Shown in pieces: positions 29,901-47,500 of a stretch of DNA of 64,000 nt. The position numbers and the translations under genes are program-made. The notes beneath the pieces are model-generated. The model saw nothing but the letters and a program-made list of their open reading frames with translations. It did not search any database and was not told the DNA's origin. This stretch comes from Eledone cirrhosa (lineage: Eukaryota). The stretch spans positions 48,050,001 through 48,114,000 of the forward strand of contig OZ024744.1 of the NCBI GenBank assembly GCA_964016885.1, in the 5' to 3' direction. Numbering within the stretch: position 1 is the first letter of the stretch; every line of letters begins with the position of its first letter.

Positions 29901-32571
29901 GACTATCAAGACCAGAACACCAACCACATTAGACTATCAAGACCAAAACACCAACCACATCACATTAGACTATCAAGACCAGAACACCAACCACATTAGA
30001 TTTCAAGACCAGAACACCAACCACATTATACTATCAAGACCAGAACACCAACCACATCACATTAGACTATCAAGAACAGAACACCAACCACATCAGATTA
30101 GACTATCAAGACCAGAACACCAACCACATCACATTAGACTATCAAGACCAGAACACCAACCACATCACATTAGACTATCAAGACGTGAACACCAACCACA
30201 TTAGACTATCAAGACCAGAACACCAACCACATTAGACTATCAAGACCAGAACACCAACCACATTAGACTATCAAGACCAGAACACCAACCACATCACATT
30301 AGACTATCAAGACCAGAACACCAACAACATCACATTAGACTATCAAGACCATAACAGCAACCATATTAGACTATCAAGACCAGAACACCAACCACATCAC
30401 GTTAGACTATCAAGACCAGAACACCAACCACATTAGACTATCAAGACCAGAAAACCAACCACATTAGACTATCAAGACCAGAACACCAACCACATCACAT
30501 TAGAATATCAAGACCAGAACACCAACCACATTAGACTATCAAGACCAGAACACCAACCACATCACATTAGACTATCAAAACCAGAACACCAACCACATTA
30601 GACTATCAAGAACAGAACACCAACCACATTAGACTATCAAGAACAGAACACCAACCTCATTAGACTATCAAGACCAGAACACCAACCACATCACATTAGA
30701 CTATCAAGACCAGAACACTAACAACATCACATAGTCTATCAAGACCAGAACACCAACAACATCACATTAGACTATAAAGACCAGAACACCAACAACATCA
30801 CATTAGACTATCAAGACCAGAACACCACCCACATCACATTAGACTATCAAAACCAGAACACCAAACACATCACATAAGACTATCAAGACCAGAACACCAA
30901 CCACATTAGACTACCATGACCAGAACAACAACCACATCACATTAGACTATTAAGACCAGAACACCAACCACATCACATTAGACTATCAAGACCAGAACAC
31001 CAACCACATTAGACTATCAAGACCAGAACTCCAACCACATCACATTAGACTATCAAGACCAGAACACCAACCACATTAGACTATCAAGACCAGAACACCA
31101 ACCACATCACATTAGACTATCAAGACCAGAACACCAACCACATCACATTAGAATATCAAGACCAGAACACCAACCACATCACATTAGACTATCAAGACCA
31201 TAACACCAACCACATTAGACTATCAAGACCATAACACCAACCACATTAGACTATCAAGACCAGAACACCAACCACATTAGACTATCAAGACCAGAACACC
31301 AACCACATTAGACTATCAAGACCAGAACACCAACCACATCACATAAGACTATCAAGACCAGAACATAAACCACATCACATTAGACTATCAAGACCAGAAC
31401 ACCAACCACATCACATTAGACTATCAAGACCAGAACACCAACCACATCACATTAGACTATCAAGAGCAGAACACCAACCACATCACATTAGACTATCAAG
31501 ACCAGAACACCAACCACATCACATTAGACTATCAAGACCAGAACACCAGCCACATTAGACTATCAAGACCAGAACACCAACTACATTAGACTATCAAGAC
31601 CAGAACACCAACCACATTAGACTATCAAGACCAGAACACCAACCACATCACATAAGACTATCAAGACCAGAACATAAACCACATCACATTAGACTATCAA
31701 GACCAGAACACCAACCACATCACATTAGACTATCAAGACCAGAACACCAACCACATCACATTAGACTATCAAGACCAGAACACTAACCACATTAGACTAT
31801 CAAGACCAGAACACCAACCACATTAGACTATCAAGACCAGAACACCAACCACATCACATTAGACTATCAAGACCAGAACACCAACCACATTAGACTATCA
31901 AGACCAGAACACCAACAATATCATTTTAGACTATCAAGACCAGAACACCAACCACATTAGACTATCAAGACCAGAACACCAACAACATTAGACTATCAAG
32001 ACCAGAACACCAACCACATCACATTAGACTATCAAGGCAAGAACACCAACCACATTAGACTATCAAGACCAGAACACCAACCACATCACATTTGACTATC
32101 AAGACCAGAACACCAACCACATCACATTAGACTATCAAGACCAGAACACAAACCACATCACATTAGACTATCAAGACCAGAACACCAACCACATCACATT
32201 AGACTATCAAGACCAGAACACCAACCACATTAGACTATCAAGACCAGAACTCCAACCACATTAGACTATCAAGAGAAGAACACCAACCACATCACATTAG
32301 ACTATCAAGACCAGAACACCAACCACATTAGACTATCAAGACCAGAACTCCAACCACATTAGACTATCAAGACCAGAACACCAACAACATTAGACTATCA
32401 ACACCAGAACACCAACCACATTAGACTATCAAGACCAGAACTCCAACCACATTACACTATCAAGACCAGAACACCAACCACATCACATTAGACTATCAAG
32501 ACCAGAACACCAACCACATTAGACTATCAAGACCAGAACACCAACCACATTAGACTATCAAGACCAGAACA
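17971..32571. repeat. HOR copy 2 (short type, 14,601 bp)
   Basis: Same marker order as copy 1: GATC 19840 (offset 15694) and GTAC 26989 (offset 14637). It lacks a 1057-bp block near 23900. Confidence 0.9.
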
Positions 32572-35500
32572 CCGACCACATCACATTAGACTATCAAGAC
32601 CAGAACACCAACCACATTAGACTATCAAGACCAGAACACCAACCACATCAGATTAGACTATCCTGACCAGAACACCAACCACATTAGACTATCAAGAACA
32701 GAACTCCAACCACATTACACTATCAAGACCAGAACACCAACCACATCACATTAGACTATCAAGACCAGAACACCAACCACATCACATTAGACTATCAAGA
32801 CCAGAACACCAACCACATTAGACTATCAAGACCAGAACACCAACAACATCACATTAGACTATCAAGACCAGAACACCAACCACATCACATTAGACTATCA
32901 AGACCAGAACACCAACCACATTAGACTATCAAGACCAGAACACCAACACATCACATTAGACTATCAAGACCAGAACACCAACCACATCACAGTAGACTAT
33001 CCTGACCAGAACACCAACCACATTAGACTATCAAGACCAGAACTCCAACCACATTAGACTGTCAAGACCAGAACACCAACCACATCACATTAGACTATCA
33101 AGACCAGAACACCAACCACATTAGACTATCAAGACCAGAACACCAACCACATCACATTAGACTATCAAGACCAGAACACCAACCACATCACATTAGACTA
33201 TCAAGACCAGAACACCAACCACATCACATTAGACTATCAAGACCATAACACAAACCACATTAGACTATCAAGACCATAACACCAACCACATTAGACTATC
33301 AAGACCAGAACACCAACCACATTAGACTATCAAGACCAGAACACCAACCACATTAGACTATCAAGACCAGAACACCAACCACATCACATAAGACTATCAA
33401 GACCAGAACATAAACCACATCACATTAGACTATCAAGACCAGAACACCAACCACATCACATTAGACTATCAAGACCAGAACACCAACCACATTAGACTAT
33501 CAAGGACAGAACACCAACCATATTAGACTATCAAGACCAGAACACCAACCACATTAGACTATCAACAACAGAACACCAACCACATTAGACTATCAAGAAC
33601 AGAACACCAACCACATTAGACTATCAAGACCAGAACACCAACCACATCACATTAGCCTATCAAGAACAGAACACCAACCACATCACATTAGACTATCAAG
33701 ACCAGAACACCAACCACATTAGACTATCAAGACCAGAACTCCAACCACATCACATTAGACTATCAAGACCAGAACACCAACCACATTAGACTATCAAGAC
33801 CAGAACACCAACCACATCACATTAGACTATCAAGACCAGAACACCAACCACATCACATTAGACTATCAAGACCAGAACACCAACCACATCACATTAGACT
33901 ATCAAGACCATAACACCAACCACATTAGACTATCAAGACCATAACACCAACCACATTAGACTATCAAGACCAGAACACCAACCACATTAGACTATCAAGA
34001 CCAGAACACCAACCACATTAGACTATCAAGACCAGAACACCAACCACATCACATAAGACTATCAAGACCAGAACATAAACCACATCACATTAGACTATCA
34101 AGACCAGAACACCAACCACATCACATTAGACTATCAAGACCAGAACACCAACCACATCACATTAGACCATCAAGACCAGAACACCAACCACATCACATTA
34201 GACTATCAAGACCAGAACACCAACCACATCACATTAGACTATCAAGACCAGAACACCAACCACATTAGACTATCAAGACCAGAACACCAACCACATTAGA
34301 CTATCAAGACCAGAACACCAACCACATTAGACTATCAAGACCAGAACACCAACCACATCACATAAGACTATCAAGACCAGAACATAAACCACATCACATT
34401 AGACTATCAAGACCAGAACACCAACCACATCACATTAGACGATCAAGACCAGAACACCAACCACATCACATTAGACTATCAAGACCAGAACACTAACCAC
34501 ATTAGACTATCAAGACCAGAACACCAACCACATTAGACTAGCAAGACCAGAACACCAACCACATTAGACTATCAAGACCAGAACACCAACCACATTAGAC
34601 TATCAAGACCAGAACTCCAACCACATTAGACTATCAAGACCAGAACACCAACCACATCACATTAGACTATCAAGACCAGAACACCAACCACATTAGACTA
34701 TCAAGACCAGAACACCAACAATATCATTTTAGACTATCAAGACCAGAACACCAACCACATTAGACTATCAAGACCAGAACACCAACAACATTAGACTATC
34801 AAGACCAGAACACCAACCACATCACATTAGACTATCAAGACCAGAACACCAACCACGTTAGACTATCAAGACCAGAACACCAACCACATCACATTTGACT
34901 ATCAAGACCAGAACACCAACCACATCACATTAGACTATCAAGACCAGAACACAAACCACATCACATTAGACTATCAAGACCAGAACACCAACCACATCAC
35001 ATTAGACTATCAAGACCAGAACACCAACCACATTAGACTATCAAGACCAGAACTCCAACCACATTAGACTATCAAGAGAAGAACACCAACCACATCACTT
35101 TAGACTATCAAGACCAGAACACCAACCACATTAGACTATCAAGACCAGAACTCCAACCACATTAGACTATCAAGACCAGAACACCAACAACATTAGACTA
35201 TCAACACCAGAACAGCAACCACATTAGTCTATCAAGACCAGAACTCCAACCACATTAGACTATCAAGACCAGAACACCAACCACATTAGACTATCAAGAC
35301 CAGAACACCAACCACATCACATTTGACTATCAAGAACAGAACACCAACCACATCACATTAGACTATCAAGACCAGAAAACCAACCACATCACATTAGACT
35401 ATCAAGACCAGAACACCAACCACATCACATTAGACTATCAAGACCAGAACACCAACCACATTAGACTATCAAGACCAGAACACCAACCACATCACATTAG

Positions 35501-38500
35501 ACTATCAAGACCAGAACACCAACCACATTATACTATCAAGACCAGAACACCAACCACATTAGACTATCAAGACCAGAACACCAACCACATTAGACTATCA
35601 AGACCAGAACACCAACCACATTAGACTATCAAGACCAGAACACCAACCACATCACATTAGACTATCAAGACCAGAACACCAACCACATTAGACTATCAAG
35701 ACCAGAACACCAACCACATTAGACTATCAAGACCAGAACACCAACCACATTAGACTATCAAGACCAGAACACCAACCACATCACATTAGACTATCAAGAC
35801 CAGAACACCAACCACATTAGACTATCAAGACCAGAACACCAACCGCATTAGACTATCAAGACCAGAACACCAACCACATCACATTAGACTATCAAGACCA
35901 GAACACCAACCACATTAGACTATCAAGACCAGAACACCAACCACATCAGATTAGACTATCCTGACCAGAACACCAACCACATTAGACAATCAAGAACAGA
36001 ACTCCAACCACATTACAATATCAAGACCAGAACACCAACCACATCACATTAGACTATCAAGACCAGAACACCAACCACATCACATTAGACTATCAAGACC
36101 AGAACACCAAACACATTAGACTATCATGACCAGAACACCAACCACATTAGACTATCAAGACCATAACACCAACCACATCACATCAGACTATCAAGAGCAG
36201 AACACCAACCACATTAGACTATCAAGACCAGAACACCAACCACATTAGACTATCAAGACCAGAACACCAACCACATTAGACTATCAAGACCAGAACACCA
36301 ACCACATTAGACTATCAAGACCAGAACACCAACCACATTAGACTATCAAGACCAGAACACCAACCACATTAGACTATCAAGACCAGAACACCAACCACAT
36401 CACATAAGACTATCAAGACCAGAACATAAACCACATCACATTAGACTATCAAGACCAGAACACCAACCACATCACATTAGACTATCAAGACCAGAACACC
36501 AACCACATCACATTAGACTATCAAGACCTGAACACCAACCACATCACATTAGACTATCAAGACCAGAACACCAACCACATTAGACTATCAAGACCAGAAC
36601 ACCAACCACATTAGACTATCAAGACCAGAACACCAACCACATTAGACTATCAAGACCAGAACACCAACCACATTAGACTATCAAGACCAGAACGCCAACC
36701 ACATTAGACTATCAAGTCCAGAACACCAACCACATTAGACTATCAACACCAGAACACCAACCACATTAGACTATCAAGACCAGAACACCAACAACATCAC
36801 ATTAGACTATCAAGACCAGAACACCAACCACATCACATTAGACTATCAAGACCAGAACACCAACCACATTAGACTATCAAGACCAGAACACCAACACATC
36901 ACATTAGACTATCAAGACCAGAACACCAACCACATCACAGTAGACTATCCTGACCAGAACACCAACCACATTAGACTATCAAGACCAGAACTCCAACCAC
37001 ATTAGACTATCAAGACCAGAACACCAACCACATCACATTAGACTATCAAGACCAGAACACCAACCACATTAGACTATCAAGACCAGAACACCAACCACAT
37101 CACATTAGACTATCAAGACCAGAACACCAACCACATCACATTAGACTATCAAGACCAGAACACCAACCACATCACATTAGACTATCAAGACCATAACACA
37201 AACCACATTAGACTATCAAGACCATAACACCAACCACATTAGACTATCAAGACCAGAACACCAACCACATTAGACTATCAAGACCAGAACACCAACCACA
37301 TCACATAAGACTATCAAGACCAGAACATAAACCACATCACATTAGACTATCAAGACCAGAACACCAACCACATCACATTAGACTATCAAGACCAGAACAC
37401 CAACCACATTAGACTATCAAGGACAGAACACCAACCATATTAGACTATCAAGACCAGAACACCAACCACATTAGACTATCAACAACAGAACACCAACCAC
37501 ATTAGACTATCAAGAACAGAACACCAACCACATTAGACTATCAAGACCAGAACACCAACCACATCACATTAGCCTATCAAGAACAGAACACCAACCACAT
37601 CACATTAGACTATCAAGACCAGAACACCAACCACATTAGACTATCAAGACCAGAACTCCAACCACATCACATTAGACTATCAAGACCAGAACACCAACCA
37701 CATTAGACTATCAAGACCAGAACACCAACCACATCACATTAGACTATCAAGACCAGAACACCAACCACATCACATTAGACTATCAAGACCAGAACACCAA
37801 CCACATCACATTAGACTATCAAGACCATAACACCAACCACATTAGACTATCAAGACCATAACACCAACCACATTAGACTATCAAGACCAGAACACCAACC
37901 ACATTAGACTATCAAGACCAGAACACCAACCACATTAGACTATCAAGACCAGAACACCAACCACATCACATAAGACTATCAAGACCAGAACATAAACCAC
38001 ATCACATTAGACTATCAAGACCAGAACACCAACCACATCACATTAGACTATCAAGACCAGAACACCAACCACATCACATTAGACCATCAAGACCAGAACA
38101 CCAACCACATCACATTAGACTATCAAGACCAGAACACCAACCACATCACATTAGACTATCAAGACCAGAACACCAACCACATTAGACTATCAAGACCAGA
38201 ACACCAACCACATTAGACTATCAAGACCAGAACACCAACCACATTAGACTATCAAGACCAGAACACCAACCACATCACATAAGACTATCAAGACCAGAAC
38301 ATAAACCACATCACATTAGACTATCAAGACCAGAACACCAACCACATCACATTAGACTATCAAGACCAGAACACCAACCACATCACATTAGACTATCAAG
38401 ACCAGAACACTAACCACATTAGACTATCAAGACCAGAACACCAACCACATTAGACTAGCAAGACCAGAACACCAACCACATTAGACTATCAAGACCAGAA

Positions 38501-41500
38501 CACCAACCACATTAGACTATCAAGACCAGAACTCCAACCACATTAGACTATCAAGACCAGAACACCAACCACATCACATTAGACTATCAAGACCAGAACA
38601 CCAACCACATTAGACTATCAAGACCAGAACACCAACAATATCATTTTAGACTACCAAGACCAGAACACCAACCACATTAGACTATCAAGACCAGAACACC
38701 AACAACATTAGACTATCAAGACCAGAACACCAACCACATCACATTAGACTATCAAGACCAGAACACCAACCACGTTAGACTATCAAGACCAGAACACCAA
38801 CCACATCACATTTGACTATCAAGACCAGAACACCAACCACATCACATTAGACTATCAAGACCAGAACACAAACCACATCACATTAGACTATCAAGACCAG
38901 AACACCAACCACATCACATTAGACTATCAAGACCAGAACACCAACCACATTAGACTATCAAGACCAGAACTCCAACCACATTAGACTATCAAGAGAAGAA
39001 CACCAACCACATCACTTTAGACTATCAAGACCAGAACACCAACCACATTAGACTATCAAGACCAGAACTCCAACCACATTAGACTATCAAGACCAGAACA
39101 CCAACAACATTAGACTATCAACACCAGAACAGCAACCACATTAGTCTATCAAGACCAGAACTCCAACCACATTAGACTATCAAGACCAGAACACCAACCA
39201 CATTAGACTATCAAGACCAGAACACCAACCACATCACATTTGACTATCAAGAACAGAACACCAACCACATCACATTAGACTATCAAGACCAGAAAACCAA
39301 CCACATCACATTAGACTATCAAGACCAGAACACCAACCACATCACATTAGACTATCAAGACCAGAACACCAACCACATTAGACTATCAAGACCAGAACAC
39401 CAACCACATCACATTAGACTATCAAGACCAGAACACCAACCACATTATACTATCAAGACCAGAACACCAACCACATTAGACTATCAAGACCAGAACACCA
39501 ACCACATTAGACTATCAAGACCAGAACACCAACCACATTAGACTATCAAGACCAGAACACCAACCACATTAGACTATCAAGACCAGAACACCAACCACAT
39601 CACATTAGACTATCAAGACCAGAACACCAACCACATTAGACTATCAAGACCAGAACACCAACCACATTAGACTATCAAGACCAGAACACCAACCACATCA
39701 CATTAGACTATCAAGACCAGAACACCAACCACATTAGACTATCAAGACCAGAACACCAACCACATCAGATTAGACTATCCTGACCAGAACACCAACCACA
39801 TTAGACAATCAAGAACAGAACTCCAACCACATTACAATATCAAGACCAGAACACCAACCACATCACATTAGACTATCAAGACCAGAACACCAACCACATC
39901 ACATTAGACTATCAAGACCAGAACACCAAACACATTAGACTATCATGACCATAACACCAACCACATTAGACTATCAAGACCATAACACCAACCACATCAC
40001 ATCAGACTATCAAGAGCAGAACACCAACCACATTAGACTATCAAGACCAGAACACCAACCACATTAGACTATCAAGACCAGAACAACAACCACATTAGAC
40101 TATCAAGACCAGAACACCAACCACATTAGACTATCAAGACCAGAACACCAACCACATTAGACTATCAAGACCAGAACACCAACCACATTAGACTATCAAG
40201 ACCAGAACACCAACCACATTAGACTATCAAGACCAGAACACCAACCACATCACATAAGACTATCAAGACCAGAACATAAACCACATCACATTAGACTATC
40301 AAGACCAGAACACCAACCACATCACATTAGACTATCAAGACCAGAACACCAACCACATCACATTAGACTATCAAGACCTGAACACCAACCACATCACATT
40401 AGACTATCAAGACCAGAACACCAACAACATCACATTAGACTATCAAGACCAGAACACCAACCACATTAGACTATCAAGAACAGAACACCAACAACATTAG
40501 ACTATCAAGACCATAACACCAACCACATTAGACTATCAAGAACAGAACACCAACCACATTAGACTATCAAGACCAGAACACCAACAACAATAGACTATCA
40601 AGACCAGAACACCAACCACATTAGACTATCAAGAACAGAACACCAACCACATTAGACTATCAAGACAAGAACACCAACCACATTAGACTATCAAGAACAG
40701 AACACCAACCACATTAGACTATCAAGAACAGAACACCAACCACATTAGACTATCAAGAACAGAACACCAACCACATCACATTAGCCTATCAAGAACAGAA
40801 CACCAACCACATTAGACTATCAAGACCAGAACACCAACCACATTAGACTATCAAAACCAGAACACCAACCACATCACATTAGACTATCAAGACCAGAACA
40901 CCAACCACATTAGACTATCAAGACCAGAACACCAACCACATCACATTAGAATATCCAGACCAGAACACCAACCATATCACATTAGACTATCAAGACCTGA
41001 ACACCAACAACATCACATTAGACTATCAAGACCAGAACACCAACAACATCACATTAGACTATCAAGACCAGAACACCAACCACATTAGACTATCAAGAAC
41101 ATAACACCAACAACATTAGACTATCAAGAACATAACACCAACCACATTAGACTATCAAGAACAGAACACCAACCACATTAGACTATCAAGAACAGAACAC
41201 CAACCACATTAGACTATCAAGACCAGAACACCAACCACATCACATTAGACTATCAAGACGTGAACACCAACCACATTAGACTATCAAGACCAGAACACCA
41301 ACAACATTAGACTATCAAGACCAGAACACCAACCACATTAGACTATCAAGACCAGAACACCAACCACATCACATTAGACTATCAAGACCAGAACACCAAC
41401 AACATTAGACTATCAAGAACAGAACACCAACCACATTAGACTATCAATACCAGAACACCAACCACATTAGACTATCAAGAACAGAACACAAACCACATTA

Positions 41501-44500
41501 GACCATCAAGACCAGAACACCAACCACATTAGACTATCAAGACCAGAACACCAAACACATTACACTATCAAGAACAGAACACCAACCACATTAGACTATC
41601 AAGAACAGAACACCAACCACATTAGACTATCAAGAACAGAACACCAACCACATTAGACTATCAAGAACAGAACACCAACCACATTAGACTATCAAGAACA
41701 GAACACCAACCACATTAGACTATCAAGAACAGAACACAAACCACATTAGACTATCAAGACCAGAACATTAACAACATCACATAGTCTATCAAGACCAGAA
41801 CACCAACAACATCACATTAGACTATCAAGACCAGAACACCACCCACATCACATTAGACTATCAAGACCAGAACACCAAACACATCACATTAGACTATCAA
41901 GACCAGAACACCAACCACATTAGACTACCAAGACCAGAACACCAACCACATCACATTGGACTATTAAGACCAGAACACCAACCACATTAGACTATCAAGA
42001 CCAGAACTCCAACCACATTAGACTATCAAGACCAGAACACTAACCACATCACATTAGACTATCAAAACCATAACACCAACCACATTAGACTATCAAGACC
42101 ATAACACCAACCACATTAGACTATCAAGACCAGAACAACAACTAGATCACATTAGACTATCAAGACCAGAACATCAACAATATCATTTTAGACTATCAAG
42201 ACCAGAACACCAACAACATACCATTAGACTATCAAGACCAGAACACCAACCACATCACATTAGACTATCAAGACCAGAACACCAACCACATCACATTAGA
42301 CTATCAAGACCAGAACACCAACCACATCACATTAGACTATCAAGACGTGAACACCAACCACATTAGACTATCAAGACCAGAACACCAACCACATTAGACT
42401 ATCAAGACCAGAACACCAACCACATTAGACTATCAAGACCAGAACACCAACCACATCACATTAGACTATCAAGACCAGAACACCAACCACATTAGATTTC
42501 AAGACCAGAACACCAACCACATTATACTATCAAGACCAGAACACCAACCACATCACATTAGAATATCAAGACCAGAACACCAACCACATTAGACTATCAA
42601 GACCAGAACACCAACCACATCACATTAGACTATCAAGAACAGAACACCAACCACATCACATTAGACTATCAAGACCAGTACACCAACCACATCACATTAG
42701 ACTATCAAGACCAGAACACCAACCACATCACATTAGACTATCAAGACGTGAACACCAACCACATTAGACTATCAAGACCAGAACACCAACAACATTAGAC
42801 TATCAAGACCAGAACACCAACCACATTAGACTATCAAGACCAGAACACCAACCACATCACATTAGACTATCAAGACCAGAACACCAACAACATCACATTA
42901 GACTACCAAGACCATAACACCAACCATATTAGACTATCAAGACCAGAACACCAACCACATCACATTAGACTATCAAGACCAGAACACCAACCACATTAGA
43001 CTATCAAGACCAGAACACCAATCACATTAGACTATCAAGACCAGAACACCAACCACATCACATTAGACTATCAAGACCAGAACACCAACAACATCACATT
43101 AGACTACCAAGACCATAACACCAACCATATTAGACTATCAAGACCAGAACACCAACCACATCACATTAGACTATCAAGACCAGAACACCAACCACATTAG
43201 ACTATCAAGACCAGAACACCAACCACATTAGACTATCAAGACCAGAACACCAACCACATTAGACTATCAAGACCAGAACACCAACCACATTAGACTATCA
43301 AGACCAGAACACCAACCACATTAGACTATCAAGACCAGAACACCAACCACATCACATAAGACTATCAAGACCAGAACATAAACCACATCACATTAGACTA
43401 TCAAGACCAGAACACCAACCACATCACATTAGACTATCAAGACCAGAACACCAACCACATCACATTAGACTATCAAGACCTGAACACCAACCACATCACA
43501 TTAGACTATCAAGACCAGAACACCAACAACATCACATTAGACTATCAAGACCAGAACACCAACCACATTAGACTATCAAGAACAGAACACCAACAACATT
43601 AGACTATCAAGACCATAACACCAACCACATTAGACTATCAAGAACAGAACACCAACCACATTAGACTATCAAGACCAGAACACCAACAACAATAGACTAT
43701 CAAGACCAGAACACCAACCACATTAGACTATCAAGAACAGAACACCAGCCACATTAGACTATCAAGACAAGAACACCAACCACATTAGAGTATCAAGAAC
43801 AGAACACCAACCACATTAGCCTATCAAGAACAGAACACCAACCACATTAGACTATCAAGACCAGAACTCCAACCACATTAGACTATCAAAACCAGAACAC
43901 CAACCACATCACATTAGACTATCAAGACCAGAACACCAACCACATTAGACTATCAAGACAAGAACACCAACCACATTAGACTATCAAGAACAGAAGACCA
44001 ACCACATTAGACTATCAAGAACAGAACACCAACCACATTAGACTATCAAGACCAGAACACCAACAACATCACATTAGCCTATCAAGAACACCAACCACAT
44101 TAGACTATCAAGACCAGAACACCAACCACATTAGACTATCAAGGCCAGAACACCAACCACATCACATTAGACTATCAATACCAGAACACCAACCACATTA
44201 GACTATCAAGACCAGAACACCAACCACATCACATTAGAATATCAAGACCAGAACACCAACCACATCACATTAGACTATCAAGACCTGAACACCAACCACA
44301 TCACATTAGACTATCAACACCAGAACACCAACAACATCACATTAGACTATCAAGACCAGAACACCAACCACATTAGACTATCAAGAACATAACACCAGCA
44401 ACATTAGACTATCAAGACCATAACACCAACCACATTAGACTATCAAGAACAGAACACCAACCACATTAGACTATCAAGACCAGAACACCAACAACAATAG

Positions 44501-47500
44501 ACTATCAAGACCAGAACACCAACCACATTAGACTATCAAGAACAGAACACCAACCACATTAGACTATCAAGACCAGAACACCAACCACATTAGACTATCA
44601 AGACCAGAACACCAACCACATTAGACTATCAAGACCAGAACACCAACCACATTAGACTATCAAGACCAGAACATCAACAATATCATTTTAGACTATCAAG
44701 ACCAGAACACCAACAACATACCATTAGACTATCAAGACCAGAACACCAACCACATCACATTAGACTATCAAGACCAGAACACCAACCACATCACATTAGA
44801 CTATCAAGACCAGAACACCAACCACATCACATTAGACTATCAAGACGTGAACACCAACCACATTAGACTATCAAGACCAGAACACCAACCACATTAGACT
44901 ATCAAGACCAGAACACCAACCACATTAGACTATCAAGACCAGAACACCAACCACATCACATTAGACTATCAAGACCAGAACACCAACCACATTAGATTTC
45001 AAGACCAGAACACCAACCACATTATACTATCAAGACCAGAACACCAACCACATCACATTAGAATATCAAGACCAGAACACCAACCACATTAGACTATCAA
45101 GACCAGAACACCAACCACATCACATTAGACTATCAAGAACAGAACACCAACCACATCACATTAGACTATCAAGACCAGTACACCAACCACATCACATTAG
45201 ACTATCAAGACCAGAACACCAACCACATCACATTAGACTATCAAGACGTGAACACCAACCACATTAGACTATCAAGACCAGAACACCAACAACATTAGAC
45301 TATCAAGACCAGAACACCAACCACATTAGACTATCAAGACCAGAACACCAACCACATCACATTAGACTATCAAGACCAGAACACCAACAACATCACATTA
45401 GACTACCAAGACCATAACACCAACCATATTAGACTATCAAGACCAGAACACCAACCACATCACATTAGACTATCAAGACCAGAACACCAACCACATTAGA
45501 CTATCAAGACCAGAACACCAATCACATTAGACTATCAAGACCAGAACACCAACCACATCACATTAGAATATCAAGACCAGAACACCAACCACATTAGACT
45601 ATCAAGACCAGAACACCAACCACATCACATTAGACTATCAAGACCAGAACACCAACCACATTAGACTATCAAGAACAGAACACCAACCACATTAGACTAT
45701 CAAGAAAAGAACACCAACCACATTAGACTATCAAGACCAGAACACCAACCACATCACATTAGACTATCAAGACCAGAACACTAACCACATTAGACTATCA
45801 AGACCAGAACACTAACAACATCACATAGTCTATCAAGACCAGAACACCAACAACATCACATTAGACTATAAAGACCAGAACACCAACAACATCACATTAG
45901 ACTATCAAGACCAGAATACCACCCACATCACATTAGACTATCAAAACCAGAACACCAAACACATCACATAAGACTATCAAGACCAGAACACCAACCACAT
46001 TAGACTACCATGACCAGAACAACAACCACATCACATTAGACTATTAAGACCAGAACACCAACCACATCACATTAGACTATCAAGACCAGAACACCAACCA
46101 CATTAGACTATCAAGACCAGAAATCCAACCACATCACATTAGACTATCAAGACCAGAACACCAACCACATTAGACTATCAAGACCAGAACACCAACCACA
46201 TCACATTAGACTATCAAGACCAGAACACCAACCACATCACATTAGACTATCAAGACCAGAACACCAACCACATCACATTAGACTATCAAGACCATAACAC
46301 CAACCACATTAGACTATCAAGACCATAACACCAACCACATTAGACTATCAAGACCAGAACACCAACCACATTAGACTATCAAGACCAGAACACCAACCAC
46401 ATTAGACTATCAAGACCAGAACACCAACCACATCACATAAGACTATCAAGACCAGAACATAAACCACATCACATTAGACTATCAAGACCAGAACACCAAC
46501 CACATCACATTAGACTATCAAGACCAGAACACCAACCACATCACATTAGACCATCAAGACCAGAACACCAACCACATCACATTAGACTATCAAGACCAGA
46601 ACACCAACCACATCACATTAGACTATCAAGACCAGAACACCAACCACATTAGACTATCAAGACCAGAACACCAACCACATTAGACTATCAAGACCAGAAC
46701 ACCAACCACATTAGACTATCAAGACCAGAACACCAACCACATCACATAAGACTATCAAGACCAGAACATAAACCACATCACATTAGACTATCAAGACCAG
46801 AACACCAACCACATCACATTAGACTATCAAGACCAGAACACCAACCACATCACATTAGACTATCAAGACCAGAACACTAACCACATTAGACTATCAAGAC
46901 CAGAACACCAACCACATTAGACTATCAAGACCAGAACACCAAACACATTAGACTATCAAGACCAGAACACCAACCACATTAGACTATCAAGACCAGAACT
47001 CCAACCACATTAGACTATCAAGACCAGAATACCAACCACATCACATTAGACTATCAAGACCAGAACACCAACAACATCACATTAGACTATCAAGACCAGA
47101 ACACCAACAATATCATTTTAGACTATCAAGACCAGAACACCAACCACATTAGACTATCAAGACCAGAACACCAACAACATTAGACTATCAAGACCAGAAC
47201 ACCAACCACATCACATTAGACTATCAAGACCAGAACACCAACCACGTTAGACTATCAAGACCAGAACACCAACCACATCACATTTGACTATCAAGACCAG
47301 AACACCAACCACATCACATTAGACTATCAAGACCAGAACACAAACCACATCACATTAGACTATCAAGACCAGAACACCAACCACATCACATTAGACTATC
47401 AAGACCAGAACACCAACCACATTAGACTATCAAGACCAGAACTCCAACCACATTAGACTATCAAGAGAAGAACACCAACCACATCACATTAGACTATCAA

